Below, one piece after another: positions 29,816 to 39,694 of a stretch of DNA of 64,000 nt. Position numbers and translations under genes: made by a program. The notes under the pieces are model-generated. The model did not search any database, had not been told where the DNA came from, and was given only the letters and a program-made list of their open reading frames with translations. Each line of letters starts with the position of its first letter. Position 1 is the first letter of the stretch. Source of the stretch: an uncultured Candidatus Rokubacteria bacterium (GTDB lineage Bacteria; Methylomirabilota; Methylomirabilia; Rokubacteriales; DASRDR01); the NCBI GenBank assembly GCA_963805625.1, contig CAWDVE010000010.1, forward strand, positions 544,001-608,000. The letters run 5' to 3'.

Positions 29816-30697
29816 TCAGTCCTTCCGAAGACGAGGGTTCAGCCAGTCCTGGAGCCCGTCCCCCAGGAAGTTGAACCCGAGGACGACAGACAGGATCGCG
29901 AGGCCGGGGAACGTGGCCACCCACCAGTACTCGAACTTGGTCTGGCCCGCGGCGATCATCGCGCCCCACTCCGGGGCGGGCGGGACCGCGCCGAGGCCGA
30001 TGAAGGACAGGGCGGCGGTGAAGATGATGGCGTTGCCGATGTCGAGCGAGCCCTTGACGACGATCGGGGGAAACGCATTCGGAAGGATATGGGTCAGCAC
30101 GACGCGGAAGCCTGGCGCGCCGAGTGCCCGGGCCGCGATCACGTAGTCATTCTCCTTGATCGCCAGGACCTGTCCTCGCATGAGCCGGCTGAACTCCGGC
30201 CACGATACGAGCAGGATCGCGAACATGGCGTTGCGGAGCCCGGCCCCGAGGGCCGCGGTGATCGCCATGGCCAGGACGATGGGCGGGAACGCGAGCACGA
30301 TGTCGACCACCCGCATGAGGAGCTCGTCCACCCGCCCGCCCACGTACCCGGCCACCGCGCCTACGCCCGCCCCGAACAGGCTCGCCAGGAGGATGACCGT
30401 GAAGGCGACCGGAATCGTGATGCGCGCGCCGTAGAGCACGCGCGAGAAGTTGTCACGGCCCGCCTCGTCCGTGCCGAAGAAGTGGATCGGCCCCGGCGAC
30501 TCGAGCCGGTTCATGACGTCCAGGTGCATCGGGCTGTGGGGCGCGAGCCACGGGGCAAACGCCGCGACGAACACCCAGACACCCACGACGAGCGCGCCGA
30601 CGATGAGCGCGCTATTCGCGCGCCTGCGGCCCCGTACGACCGCCTCGCGGGGAACGGTCAGCGCGCTCGGGCTGGCGATCGGCTGGGCGGAGGGCAC
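29816..30697 (-). CDS. Peptide/nickel ABC permease (DppC-like)
   Basis: FGTDEAGRD, YVIAARALGA, HILPN, PEWGAMI, FNFLGDGL. Confidence 0.92.
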   Translation of the reverse strand: MPSAQPIASPSALTVPREAVVRGRRRANSALIVGALVVGVWVFVAAFAPWLAPHSPMHLDVMNRLESPGPIHFFGTDEAGRDNFSRVLYGARITIPVAFTVILLASLFGAGVGAVAGYVGGRVDELLMRVVDIVLAFPPIVLAMAITAALGAGLRNAMFAILLVSWPEFSRLMRGQVLAIKENDYVIAARALGAPGFRVVLTHILPNAFPPIVVKGSLDIGNAIIFTAALSFIGLGAVPPAPEWGAMIAAGQTKFEYWWVATFPGLAILSVVLGFNFLGDGLQDWLNPRLRKD

Positions 30698-30707
30698 GTC
30701 GCGCCGG

Positions 30708-31724
30708 TCACCGCACGCGGATGCGCGGGTCGAGGACGCCGTAGAGCAGATCGACGATGAGGTTCACGGTGATGTAGATGACCGCGGTCAGCATCGTGAC
30801 ACCGAGGATGGCGGGATAGTCGAGCCGCGTCGAAGCCGTCACCGCGTAGCGCCCGATCCCGGGCCAGGCGAAGACCGTCTCGGTCAGCACCGCGCCGGAC
30901 AGGAGACTCGCGAACGTGAGCCCGATGACCGTGACCACCGGGATCAAGGCGTTCCGGAGCGCGTGGAATCCCACGACCACGCCCTCACCGAGCCCCTTCG
31001 ACCGGGCCGTCCGCACGTAGTCGGCGTTGAGGACTTCGAGCAGGGACGACCGCGTCGTGCGGGCGATGATGCCCATGATGAACCACCCCAGGACGAGAGC
31101 GGGCAAGATCAGGTGCCGGACCGCCGCCGCGAAGAGCTCCCCGTTTCCGGCGGCGAGGCTGTCGACGAGGAGGAACCCGGTGACGCGAGCAGGCATGGTC
31201 TGGTGGCTGTCCAGGCGCCCGGGCCCCGGCGCCCACTCGAGGAGGTAGTAGAAGACGTAGAGCGCGATGAGACCGGTCCAGAAGATCGGCGAGGCAGCGC
31301 CGACCAGCGACACGGCGCGGGCGGCGTGATCGGGCAGCCGGTTATGATGGATCGCCGCCCACACTCCCAGCGGCACGCCGAAGCAGACGGCCACCGCCAA
31401 CGCGGCCAGCGACAGTTCCACCGTCGCAGGCAAGAACTGCTTGAGGTCCTGCAGGACGGGACGACGCGTGGTGAAGGACTCCCCGAGATCTCCTCGCAGG
31501 ACATTCTTTAGGTACGAGACGAACTGCTCCGGCAGCGACCGATCCAGCCCCCAGCGCTTGACGTAGGCGGCGCGGATGGACGGGTCCTTGGTCGCCTGCT
31601 CCGAGAGCACCGTGGCCAGCGGATCCGCCGGCACGCTGTGGGCGACAAGGAACGCGGTGAGGACGACACCGAACAGCGCGACGACGGCCAGCACGAGCCG
31701 TCGTCCGAGATAGGTCAGGAGCAT
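30708..31724 (-). CDS. Peptide/nickel ABC permease (DppB-like)
   Basis: GDLGES, PATVEL, YVRTARSKG, HALRNALIP, ETVFAWPGIG, DPRIR. Confidence 0.92.
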   Translation of the reverse strand: MLLTYLGRRLVLAVVALFGVVLTAFLVAHSVPADPLATVLSEQATKDPSIRAAYVKRWGLDRSLPEQFVSYLKNVLRGDLGESFTTRRPVLQDLKQFLPATVELSLAALAVAVCFGVPLGVWAAIHHNRLPDHAARAVSLVGAASPIFWTGLIALYVFYYLLEWAPGPGRLDSHQTMPARVTGFLLVDSLAAGNGELFAAAVRHLILPALVLGWFIMGIIARTTRSSLLEVLNADYVRTARSKGLGEGVVVGFHALRNALIPVVTVIGLTFASLLSGAVLTETVFAWPGIGRYAVTASTRLDYPAILGVTMLTAVIYITVNLIVDLLYGVLDPRIRVR

Positions 31725-31787
31725 GGGCGCGGCTCGCCGGGAGTGCGCCCGGCGACAGGACCCTCGACGAGCCGCGTCACGTGCTGT

Positions 31788-33380
31788 TTACCGGCTGAGA
31801 TTCGCCACGGTGACCCACCAGATCGGATGGATCGCGTAGCCCTTGATCGCGGGATTCAGCCCCACAAAATTCTTGGGCTGGATCAGCATGATCTCGGGAA
31901 CGTCTTCGAGGACGATCTTGTTCATCTCCATGTACAGGCCTTCACGCTTCTTGACGTCCTGCTCCTTCTTGGCCGTGGCGATGATGTCGTTGACCTTGGG
32001 ATTGGAGTACTTCACCCGCTTCGGCACCGGGCCGGCACCGTAGAAGGCGTCCGCGAACGGATCCGGATCGAGAAAGTCCGGCGACCACGAGGCAAGCTGC
32101 AGCTGGATCTTCCCGGCACGATACTCGGCGAACGCCACCGAGCGCTCCTTGGGATCGAGCGTGACCTTGATGCCAGCCTGCGCCAGATCGGCCTGGAGCT
32201 TGGCCGCCAGGGGCTCGGGGGCGACACCCAGGAGCGGTGCGGTCCAGTAGGAGAGCTTGAGCTCGATGCCGTTCGGGTACCCGGCCTCGGTGAGGAGCTG
32301 CTTGGCCTTGGCCACGTCGCGCTTGCGCGCCAGCGACTTGTCGCCGCCGAGGAGGCCCAGCGGGATCATGGTCGAGGGCTGCTCACCCGCGCCCCGCACG
32401 ATCCCCTTGATGATCCCGTCGTAGTCGATCGCGTACGAGACGGCCTGCCGGACCCGTTTGTCGCTCAGCTCCTTGCTCATCTCGGCGCTGTTGGTGACCC
32501 CTAGGTACACCTGATTCATCGAGAGCCCCTCGACGATCTTGATCTTGGGGCCCTGCGTGATCTTGGCCACGATGTCGACGTCGAAGTCGTGGGCGACGTC
32601 GGCGTCGCCGCGCTCGACCATCTCGCGCTGTGTGGTTCCGCTGGGCACGTGCTTCACGATCACTTTCGCGAAGTAGGGCTTCTTGCCCCAGTACCCGGCG
32701 TTCCGCTCGAGGACCGCCTCGACGTTCTTCGTGAACGAGGTGAGCTTGTACGGCCCCGACCCTTCCGACTGGTTGTTGAGCCACTCGGTGGCCTTGTCCT
32801 TGTCCTTCGCGTCGTCCGCGTCCGTGCCGCCCTTCGCCATGACGACCTTCGAGTCTGCGATGCCGCAGGGTACGGCCGCCAGCGCGGCGAGGAAGGACGC
32901 GTCGGGGCCCGCGAGGACGATCCGGACGGTCAGGTCATCCACGACCTGAATGTCCTTGACCGGCTCCATGAAGAAGGACGGGTTGTCCTTCAGGTTCTTG
33001 AGCCGCCGCAGCGAGAAACGCACATCGTTCGCGGTCAGTGGATTCCCGGACGTGAACTTCACGCCGGGGCGGATCTTGAAGGTGTAGGTCGTCCCATCCG
33101 GGGACACCGTCCACGAGGTGGCCAGGCGCGGCTGGATCTTGGTGAAGTCCGGCGCGTCCACCGTCACGAGGGTGTCGTAGGCGGCGGTGTCCAGGATGTT
33201 CGAGGTGTACTCGTAGGTCTTGTGGACATCGTTCGTGACGTAGTCGTCGATGTTACGGGCGATGATCAAGGTCTCCTGCCGGCTCTGCGCTTGCGCCGGC
33301 CCGCCCGCGGCGAGCAGGACGGCAGCGACGCTGAGCGTCGTGATGGCCAGGAGCCTCATGACGTTCCGTTTGACACGCAT
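31788..33380 (-). CDS. ABC substrate-binding protein family 5 (DppA-like)
   Basis: Signal peptide, YDTLV, SPDGTTYTFKIRPGVKF, GSGPY, VRQAVSYAID. Confidence 0.9.
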   Translation of the reverse strand: MRVKRNVMRLLAITTLSVAAVLLAAGGPAQAQSRQETLIIARNIDDYVTNDVHKTYEYTSNILDTAAYDTLVTVDAPDFTKIQPRLATSWTVSPDGTTYTFKIRPGVKFTSGNPLTANDVRFSLRRLKNLKDNPSFFMEPVKDIQVVDDLTVRIVLAGPDASFLAALAAVPCGIADSKVVMAKGGTDADDAKDKDKATEWLNNQSEGSGPYKLTSFTKNVEAVLERNAGYWGKKPYFAKVIVKHVPSGTTQREMVERGDADVAHDFDVDIVAKITQGPKIKIVEGLSMNQVYLGVTNSAEMSKELSDKRVRQAVSYAIDYDGIIKGIVRGAGEQPSTMIPLGLLGGDKSLARKRDVAKAKQLLTEAGYPNGIELKLSYWTAPLLGVAPEPLAAKLQADLAQAGIKVTLDPKERSVAFAEYRAGKIQLQLASWSPDFLDPDPFADAFYGAGPVPKRVKYSNPKVNDIIATAKKEQDVKKREGLYMEMNKIVLEDVPEIMLIQPKNFVGLNPAIKGYAIHPIWWVTVANLSR

Positions 33381-33430
33381 GTGTGCGATCTCCTCCCGGT
33401 GAAGGTTGACGGCCAGGATGACGCTGGCGC

Positions 33431-33661
33431 TCACGAGTTCGGGCGTACCACCAAGGTCTCGGTGACCGTTACGCCGTCGATGGCCCGGATGCGGCCCACG
33501 ACCTCGGATGCCGCGTGCAGGTCCAGGGAGCGGATGAGCGCCACCATGTCGTAGCGGCCGAACAGCTGGTACACATAGGAAAGCCCCTCCAGCTTCCGGA
33601 GCGCGTCGAGCACCTCCGTCTCCTTCTGGGGCTGGCACCGGATCAGGACACCCGCGACCAT
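33431..33661 (-). CDS. Stand-alone Lrp/AsnC ligand-binding (RAM) domain protein
   Basis: 76 aa; FGRYDMVALI...IRAIDGVTVTETLV; no HTH. Confidence 0.75.
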   Translation of the reverse strand: MVAGVLIRCQPQKETEVLDALRKLEGLSYVYQLFGRYDMVALIRSLDLHAASEVVGRIRAIDGVTVTETLVVRPNS

Positions 33662-33690
33662 CGGATCCTCCTTCGCGGCCCGAAGGGCCG

Positions 33691-34749
33691 CTACCGCTTC
33701 ATCGCGTCTGCGCGCGCTGCGCCCGCCGGCTCGCTCCCCGCCACGGCAAGGATGGCCTTGACGCCCTGGCGGGAGAGCACGAACTCGAAGGCCTCCTGGG
33801 CCTGGTCGAGCGGGAACACGTGGCGCGTGAGCGCCTCGACGTCAACCCGGCCCTCGGCCAGGAGGGCCAGGGCTCGCTGGTACTCCCGGTACGAGTAGCA
33901 GATCGCACCCACCAGGTGCAACTCGCCCCGGACGGCCGGCTCCAGGTCGACCTGGACCTGCTTGTGTACGGTCAGCATCACGACGGAGCCGCCCTTTCGG
34001 GCCATGGCGATGCCCTGGCCGAGCGCTTCGGCGCTTCCCGCCGCCTCGTAGACGAAGTCCGCCCCTCCGTCCGTCAGCTCCCGGACCGCCGCCACCGCGT
34101 CTCGGTCCCGCACGTTCACGACCTCGTCGGCCCCCATCTGGCGGGCGAGAGCCAGGCGGTCGTCGCGGGTCCCGATGACGACGACGCGGGCCCGCAGGAT
34201 ACGCTTGATCACCTGGGTCGCGAACAGCCCCATCTGACCCGGGCCCAGGACGGCCACCCACGATCCCGAGGTGACGGTGATCATCTCGAGACCCCGGATC
34301 ACGCACGCCAGGGGGTCCGCGAGCACGGCCACCTCGTATGAAAGGCCCGGCGGCATGACGTGGATGTTCCGAGCGGGGACCGCGACGAACTCGGTCATGC
34401 CCCCGTCGACGGTGACGCCAAGCTCCTCCAGCTTCTCGCAGAGGTTGACGCGACCGACCTTGCAGTGCCGGCAGATGCCGCAGCCGATGCAGATCTCCAC
34501 GGCGACGGATGCCCCCAGCGGCACCTCCGTCACGCGCTCGCCGACGGCGACGACCTCCCCCGCGATCTCGTGACCGACGATGAACCGGCGGCGGCGTGCC
34601 GGATAGATCTCATTGTAGATCCGCTGGTCGCTGCCGCAGATCCCTGCGACCCGCACGCGGACGAGAACCTCCCAGGGCCCCACCGTGGGGACCGGCACGT
34701 CCTCGAGGACGACACCGCGCTTGGCTGGATCCTTGACGACGGCGAGCAT
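33691..34749 (-). CDS. Zn-dependent medium-chain dehydrogenase (threonine/sorbitol DH-like)
   Basis: GICGSD, GHE, CGICRHC...NLC, GPGQMG. Confidence 0.88.
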   Translation of the reverse strand: MLAVVKDPAKRGVVLEDVPVPTVGPWEVLVRVRVAGICGSDQRIYNEIYPARRRRFIVGHEIAGEVVAVGERVTEVPLGASVAVEICIGCGICRHCKVGRVNLCEKLEELGVTVDGGMTEFVAVPARNIHVMPPGLSYEVAVLADPLACVIRGLEMITVTSGSWVAVLGPGQMGLFATQVIKRILRARVVVIGTRDDRLALARQMGADEVVNVRDRDAVAAVRELTDGGADFVYEAAGSAEALGQGIAMARKGGSVVMLTVHKQVQVDLEPAVRGELHLVGAICYSYREYQRALALLAEGRVDVEALTRHVFPLDQAQEAFEFVLSRQGVKAILAVAGSEPAGAARADAMKR

Positions 34750-34759
34750 GCGGGATCCG

Positions 34760-35755
34760 CTAGAGGGAGCTCGCGAACCGCTGGCGCTCCAGCAACCGCG
34801 CCGCCTCGCGGGCGAAGTACGTGATGATCAGGTCCGCGCCGGCGCGCCGGATCGCCGTGAGCGCCTCGAGCATGCAGCGCTCCTCGTCGAGCCAGCCGAG
34901 CCGTGCGGCGGCTTTGATCATGGCGTATTCCCCCGAGACCGAGTAGGCCGCCAGGGGCAGCCCGAACTCCTGGCGCACCCGGGCGATCACGTCCAGGTAC
35001 GGAAGGGCCGGCTTCACCATCACGATGTCCGCGCCCTCGTCGACGTCCAGCCCCACCTCGCGGAGCGCCTCGGCGGCATTCGCGGGATCCATCTGGTAGG
35101 AGCGGCGGTCACCGAACTGAGGCGCCGACTCCGCTGCTTCACGGAACGGCCCGTAGAACGCCGACGCATACTTCGCCGAGTACGCCATGATGGGCGTCTC
35201 AGTGTACCCCGCCTCGTCGAGCGCCTCCCGGATGGCTCCAACGCGGCCGTCCATCATGTCCGAAGGCGCGACGATGTCGGCTCCCGACTCCATGTGGGAC
35301 AGCGCGACGCGGGCCAGGAGCTCCACGCTCGCGTCGTTCTTGACGCGTCCGTCCTCGACGAGCCCGCAGTGCCCGTGGCTCGTGTACTGGCAGAGGCACA
35401 CGTCGGTGATCACCAGGAGGTCCGGGATCGTCTCCTTCACCGCGCGGGCCGCCTGCTGGACGATCCCGTCCTCGGCGTACGCCTCCGAGCCCCGCGGATC
35501 CTTCGACTGCGGCACGCCGAAGAGAAGGACCGCGGGGATGCCCATGCTAGCGGCATCCTTCGCCTCCTTCAGCAGCTCGTCGATGGAGAGCTTCGACACG
35601 CCCGGCATCGAACCGACCGGGTCCCGCACGCCCCGGCCGTGGACCGCGAACAGCGGCAGGATGAGATTCTCGACGCCCAGCCGGGTCTCCCGCACCATCC
35701 GTCGGAGGAGCGGGGACTCACGGAGCCGGCGCGGCCGGTACAAGGGGTGTGCCAT
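34760..35755 (-). CDS. hemB: Porphobilinogen synthase
   Basis: [41 protein letters not shown]. Confidence 0.97.
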   Translation of the reverse strand: MAHPLYRPRRLRESPLLRRMVRETRLGVENLILPLFAVHGRGVRDPVGSMPGVSKLSIDELLKEAKDAASMGIPAVLLFGVPQSKDPRGSEAYAEDGIVQQAARAVKETIPDLLVITDVCLCQYTSHGHCGLVEDGRVKNDASVELLARVALSHMESGADIVAPSDMMDGRVGAIREALDEAGYTETPIMAYSAKYASAFYGPFREAAESAPQFGDRRSYQMDPANAAEALREVGLDVDEGADIVMVKPALPYLDVIARVRQEFGLPLAAYSVSGEYAMIKAAARLGWLDEERCMLEALTAIRRAGADLIITYFAREAARLLERQRFASSL

Positions 35756-35793
35756 GTGAGGATCCTCCTGCCCAGTTCCCGGTCAGTACCGGA

Positions 35794-36960
35794 TCAGCCC
35801 CGCAGTGCCGCCGGCGGGGACGTCGCGAAGTGACCGGCGATCGCGTCGGCGAGCGCCGGAACCGTGTATTCATCGGGCATCACGCTCACTCGGAGACCGT
35901 GCTCGACGGCCGTCTCCGCCGTGATCGGTCCGATGGCGGCGACGACGACTCCATCGAGGAGCCGGCGCGCGTCGGATGGCGCCAGGAGCGCGATGAAGCC
36001 GCGGACCGTCGACGAGCTGGTGAACGTCACGGCGTCGATCCGCCGGGACTCGAGGAGCCCGAGGATGTCACCCGCTCCCTCCCCGGCGAGTACCGTTCGG
36101 TACGCGGGGGCAATCGTCACCCGGACCCCGCGCGCCGCGAGCTCGCGAGGCAGGACGTCCCGTGCCTCGGCGGCGCGCACCAGCAGCACCGCGTCGCCGC
36201 GGTCGAGCCGGGTTCCGAGCGCGTCGACGAGTCCTTCGGCCCGGTACTCGGCCGGCACGAGGTCGGGTTCGATCCCTCCCCGGCGGAGGGCCTCGGCGGT
36301 CTCGGGGCCAATCGCGGCCACGCGACGGCCGCCAAGGCTCCGTGCATCGAGCCCCGCGAGTCCGAGCCGCTCGCGGAATGCGGCCACGCCGTTGACGCTG
36401 GTGAAGACAATCCACTGGAAGTCTGCCAGCGACCGGATCGCCTCGTCGAGGGGCGTCCAGTCCTCGGGAGGCCCGATCCGGATGGTGGGGAGCGTCACCG
36501 CCTCGGCTCCGTAGGCTTCGAGGAGCCCGGTCAGCCGGGCGGCCTGCGCGCGGGGTCGCGTCACGAGCACCCGCCGCCCGGACAGCGGCCGGCGCGCCAG
36601 CCAGGTCTCGACGGCGCCGGGCGCGACGCCGGGAACCACCTGGAAGCCCACGCCACAGGCATCGAGCGTCGCCGCCTCGTCCCGAAAGGCCTCCCCGTCT
36701 CCCCTGACCAGCCGGACGACGCGGCGCCCAGCGACCGCGTGGGCCCGCAGGAGGGCCGGGACGGCGTTCCGCGGGAGCCCGCGTCCGTCTTCGCTCACGC
36801 GGATGCGCTCGGCCCCCTCGAGCGCGCCCTCGACCACCGCGCACGCCACGTCCGCGTCGGCGACGACGACCTCGGCAGCCGCCAGGGCCTGCTGGGCTCG
36901 AACGGCCAGCAAGCCTGGATCTCCCGACCCGGCGCCGATGAACGTGACCAGCGCTCTCAC
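35794..36960 (-). CDS. hemD: Uroporphyrinogen-III synthase fused to a shortened, degenerate CobA N-terminal domain
   Basis: FIGAGSGDPGLL...VVPGV, then PLSGRRVLVTRP, FTSVNGV, AIGPETA, FTSSSTV, IGPITA. Confidence 0.85.
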   Translation of the reverse strand: MRALVTFIGAGSGDPGLLAVRAQQALAAAEVVVADADVACAVVEGALEGAERIRVSEDGRGLPRNAVPALLRAHAVAGRRVVRLVRGDGEAFRDEAATLDACGVGFQVVPGVAPGAVETWLARRPLSGRRVLVTRPRAQAARLTGLLEAYGAEAVTLPTIRIGPPEDWTPLDEAIRSLADFQWIVFTSVNGVAAFRERLGLAGLDARSLGGRRVAAIGPETAEALRRGGIEPDLVPAEYRAEGLVDALGTRLDRGDAVLLVRAAEARDVLPRELAARGVRVTIAPAYRTVLAGEGAGDILGLLESRRIDAVTFTSSSTVRGFIALLAPSDARRLLDGVVVAAIGPITAETAVEHGLRVSVMPDEYTVPALADAIAGHFATSPPAALRG

Positions 36961-37883
36961 GCCACCCGCCCGATCTGGATGATGTCCGCGGCGCCCGCCG
37001 CGAGGAGTCGAGCCGCCAGGCGTCGGCCCAGCGATTCGGGAGCCCCCGGGCTCCCCACCTCTCCATCCCGCAGGGCGCGAGTCCCGTCGGGCGTCGCGAC
37101 GAAGGCATCGAGCCTGAGCCCGGCCTCGACACGGCGGGCATACGCCGCCAGCGGCGTCGTGCAGGTTCCCCCGACGGTCTCGAGGAACGCCCGCTCCGCG
37201 AGGGTCGCGGTCCGGGTCTCGACGTCGGTCAGCGCCTCGGCGAGCGCAAGGATCCCCGTGTCGCCCTCCCGCGCCTCCACGCCGAGGGTCCCCTGCCCGA
37301 CTGCCGGCAGCATCTCCTCCGGGTCGAGCGCCGTGGCCGTACCGTCGAGGAGGCCGAGCCGTTTGAGACCCGCGGCAGCGAGGACGAGCGCGTCGTACTC
37401 GCCTTGCCGGAGCTTCCGAAGACGCGTGTCGACGTTCCCCCGGATCGGCGAGGCCATGACATCCGGGCGTCGCGCCAGGAGCTGGACGCGCCGGCGGAGG
37501 CTCGATGTGCCCACCCGCGCCCCCCGCGGAAGGGAGCCGATTCCGGTCGCGGTCGCCGCCACGAGCACATCCCGCGGATCCTCGCGCCGCGGGAACGCGG
37601 CCAGGACCAGACCCTTGGGGCGCTCGGCGGGAAGATCCTTCAGGCTGTGGACGGCCAGATCCACTCGCCCCTCCCGGAGAGCGTCGTCGATCTCGTGCAC
37701 GAAGAGGCCCTTGCCCCCCACCTCGGCGAGGTGAGCCGTGGCGAGCCGATCTCCGGAGGTCCGGATCGGGACGAGCTCGACCTCGAGGCGAGGCCACGCG
37801 CGCCTGAGACCCGCCGCGATCTCCTCGGCCTGCCGGAGCGCCAGCTGGCTTCCGCGCGTGCCGATCCGGACACGGTCGCTCAC
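36957..37883 (-). CDS. hemC: Hydroxymethylbilane synthase
   Basis: IGTRGSQLA, GGKGLF, VHSLKD, GTSSLRR, RGNVDTRL, GGTCTTP. Confidence 0.96.
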   Translation of the reverse strand: MSDRVRIGTRGSQLALRQAEEIAAGLRRAWPRLEVELVPIRTSGDRLATAHLAEVGGKGLFVHEIDDALREGRVDLAVHSLKDLPAERPKGLVLAAFPRREDPRDVLVAATATGIGSLPRGARVGTSSLRRRVQLLARRPDVMASPIRGNVDTRLRKLRQGEYDALVLAAAGLKRLGLLDGTATALDPEEMLPAVGQGTLGVEAREGDTGILALAEALTDVETRTATLAERAFLETVGGTCTTPLAAYARRVEAGLRLDAFVATPDGTRALRDGEVGSPGAPESLGRRLAARLLAAGAADIIQIGRVA

Positions 37884-38722
37884 CCTGCCTCGTCCCCGCC
37901 CCCGAGCGCCCCGGCAAGCGCCACTCCCGCCGCGGCGGCGAGAACAGGGAGCCGGTCGCCCGGACGCGCCCCGCGCCGGGCCGGAATCGGTAGCGAGCCG
38001 AGGTCGACCCGTCCCAGCGCGCCGAGAAGGCTCCGCTTGAGCCCGGGGTGAGCCCGCTCCAGCTCCCGAAGCAGCCGCTTCATCCGGTGGCGCTGGAGCG
38101 TGGGGTCCTTGCAGCCGGGGCAGGCGCAGCACACGACCGGGTACGCCCGCGCCCGAACGTACTCGGCGATGTCGTCCTCCCACGCGTAGACGAGGGGCCG
38201 GATGACCGTGTGGCGACCGTTGGTCGCCCGGAGCCGGGCATGCATTCCCTTGATCTGGCCGTTGAAGAAGAGGTTCAGCAACAGGGTCTCGATGAAGTCG
38301 TCCGCGTGATGGCCAAGCGCGATCTTGTTGCAGCCCAGCTCGTCGGCGTACTTGTAGAGCGCTCCGCGGCGAAGCCGTGCGCAGAGCGAGCAGAACGTCT
38401 CGCCGGGCTGGATCTTCTCCTTGACCGTGAGGTTGATGCGCGCGCTCCGCATCTCGTAGGTATACCCCTCGCGCGCGAGCTGATCCTCGATGAGGTCGGC
38501 CCGGAATCCGGGGAAGCCCTGGTCGACGTTCAGCGCGAGCAGCTCGAATCGGACGGGGGCCCGGCGCTGGGTGAGTCGGAGCAGGTTCAGGAGCGCCCAG
38601 GAGTCCTTGCCGCCCGAGACCCCGACCAGGATCCGGTCCCCGGGCTCGATGAGCCCGAAGTCGCCGATCGCCTCGCCGAACCGGGCCAAGAGGCGCCGCT
38701 CGAGCCGCTGGTCTTCACTCAC
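37880..38722 (-). CDS. ttcA: tRNA 2-thiocytidine(32) synthetase TtcA
   Basis: SGGKDS, CSLCARLRRG, ALGHHADD, IRPL, CCACPGC. Confidence 0.9.
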   Translation of the reverse strand: MSEDQRLERRLLARFGEAIGDFGLIEPGDRILVGVSGGKDSWALLNLLRLTQRRAPVRFELLALNVDQGFPGFRADLIEDQLAREGYTYEMRSARINLTVKEKIQPGETFCSLCARLRRGALYKYADELGCNKIALGHHADDFIETLLLNLFFNGQIKGMHARLRATNGRHTVIRPLVYAWEDDIAEYVRARAYPVVCCACPGCKDPTLQRHRMKRLLRELERAHPGLKRSLLGALGRVDLGSLPIPARRGARPGDRLPVLAAAAGVALAGALGGGDEAG

Positions 38723-38898
38723 GCTGGTCGTCGCCCTCCTGGCGGGATCCTCGAATTGTAGCGCCCCCCGTGAGGCCACTTCAACCGACCCGGCTTGCCG
38801 TCCTCGCCAGCTCGGCCCGTCGGCGTGCCGTGAAGGTCTTGCCCTGGGCGCCTGGCGGGAAGGCGGTTCGGTTGACAGCGAGGCACGCCTCCACCTAA

Positions 38899-39672
38899 AT
38901 GGCTCGCATGGCTGACTCTCAGTTCCGGCTCGACGGCCGCGTCGCACTGGTCACGGGTGGCAGTCGGGGCATCGGCCGCGCGGTCGCCCTCGGCCTCGCC
39001 CAGGCGGGCGCCGATGTGGTGGTAGCAGCTCGCAAGGCACAGGACCTCGACCCGGTCGCCGACGAGATCCGAGCGCTCGGCCGCCGGGCCCTCGCGGTCC
39101 CGGCTCATCTCGGGCGCCGCCCGGAGATCGATCGGCTCTTCGAGGCGACCCTCGACGCCTTCGGTCGCCTCGACGTGCTGGTGAACAACGCCGCCACCAA
39201 TCCGGTCTTCGGTCCGCTGCTCGACATCGACGAGGACGCGTGGGACCGGATCATGGCCCTCAACGTGAAGGGTTACCTTCTCGCCGCTCAGCGAGCGGCC
39301 AGGGCGATGGCAGCCCTCGGGCGGGGGGCCATCGTCAACATCGCCTCGACGGCCGGGCTCCGCGCGAGCCCGGGTCTGGGCGCCTACTCCGTGTCGAAGG
39401 CCGCGGTGATCATGCTCACGCGAGTCCTCGGTCGTGAGCTCGCCCCGCTCGGGATCCGGGTCAACGGGGTCGCCCCGGCGCTGATCGAGACCCGCTTCAG
39501 CGAGGCCCTCTGGAAGAATCCGGAGATCCTGTCCGGGTACCTCAAGAGCACGCCGCTCGGCCGCGCCGGCCAGCCGGAGGAGGTCGCCGGAGCAGTCGTC
39601 TACCTCTCCTCGGACGCCTCGAGCTACGTCACCGGGCAGACGCTCCTGCTCGATGGCGGGCATCTGGCCTGA
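38899..39672 (+). CDS. Short-chain dehydrogenase/reductase (DHRS4-like)
   Basis: TGGSRGIG, VNNAATNP, YSVSK, GIRVN. Confidence 0.9.
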   Translation: MARMADSQFRLDGRVALVTGGSRGIGRAVALGLAQAGADVVVAARKAQDLDPVADEIRALGRRALAVPAHLGRRPEIDRLFEATLDAFGRLDVLVNNAATNPVFGPLLDIDEDAWDRIMALNVKGYLLAAQRAARAMAALGRGAIVNIASTAGLRASPGLGAYSVSKAAVIMLTRVLGRELAPLGIRVNGVAPALIETRFSEALWKNPEILSGYLKSTPLGRAGQPEEVAGAVVYLSSDASSYVTGQTLLLDGGHLA

Positions 39673-39694
39673 GCTGCGGCCCCCGGGCCGCGGC

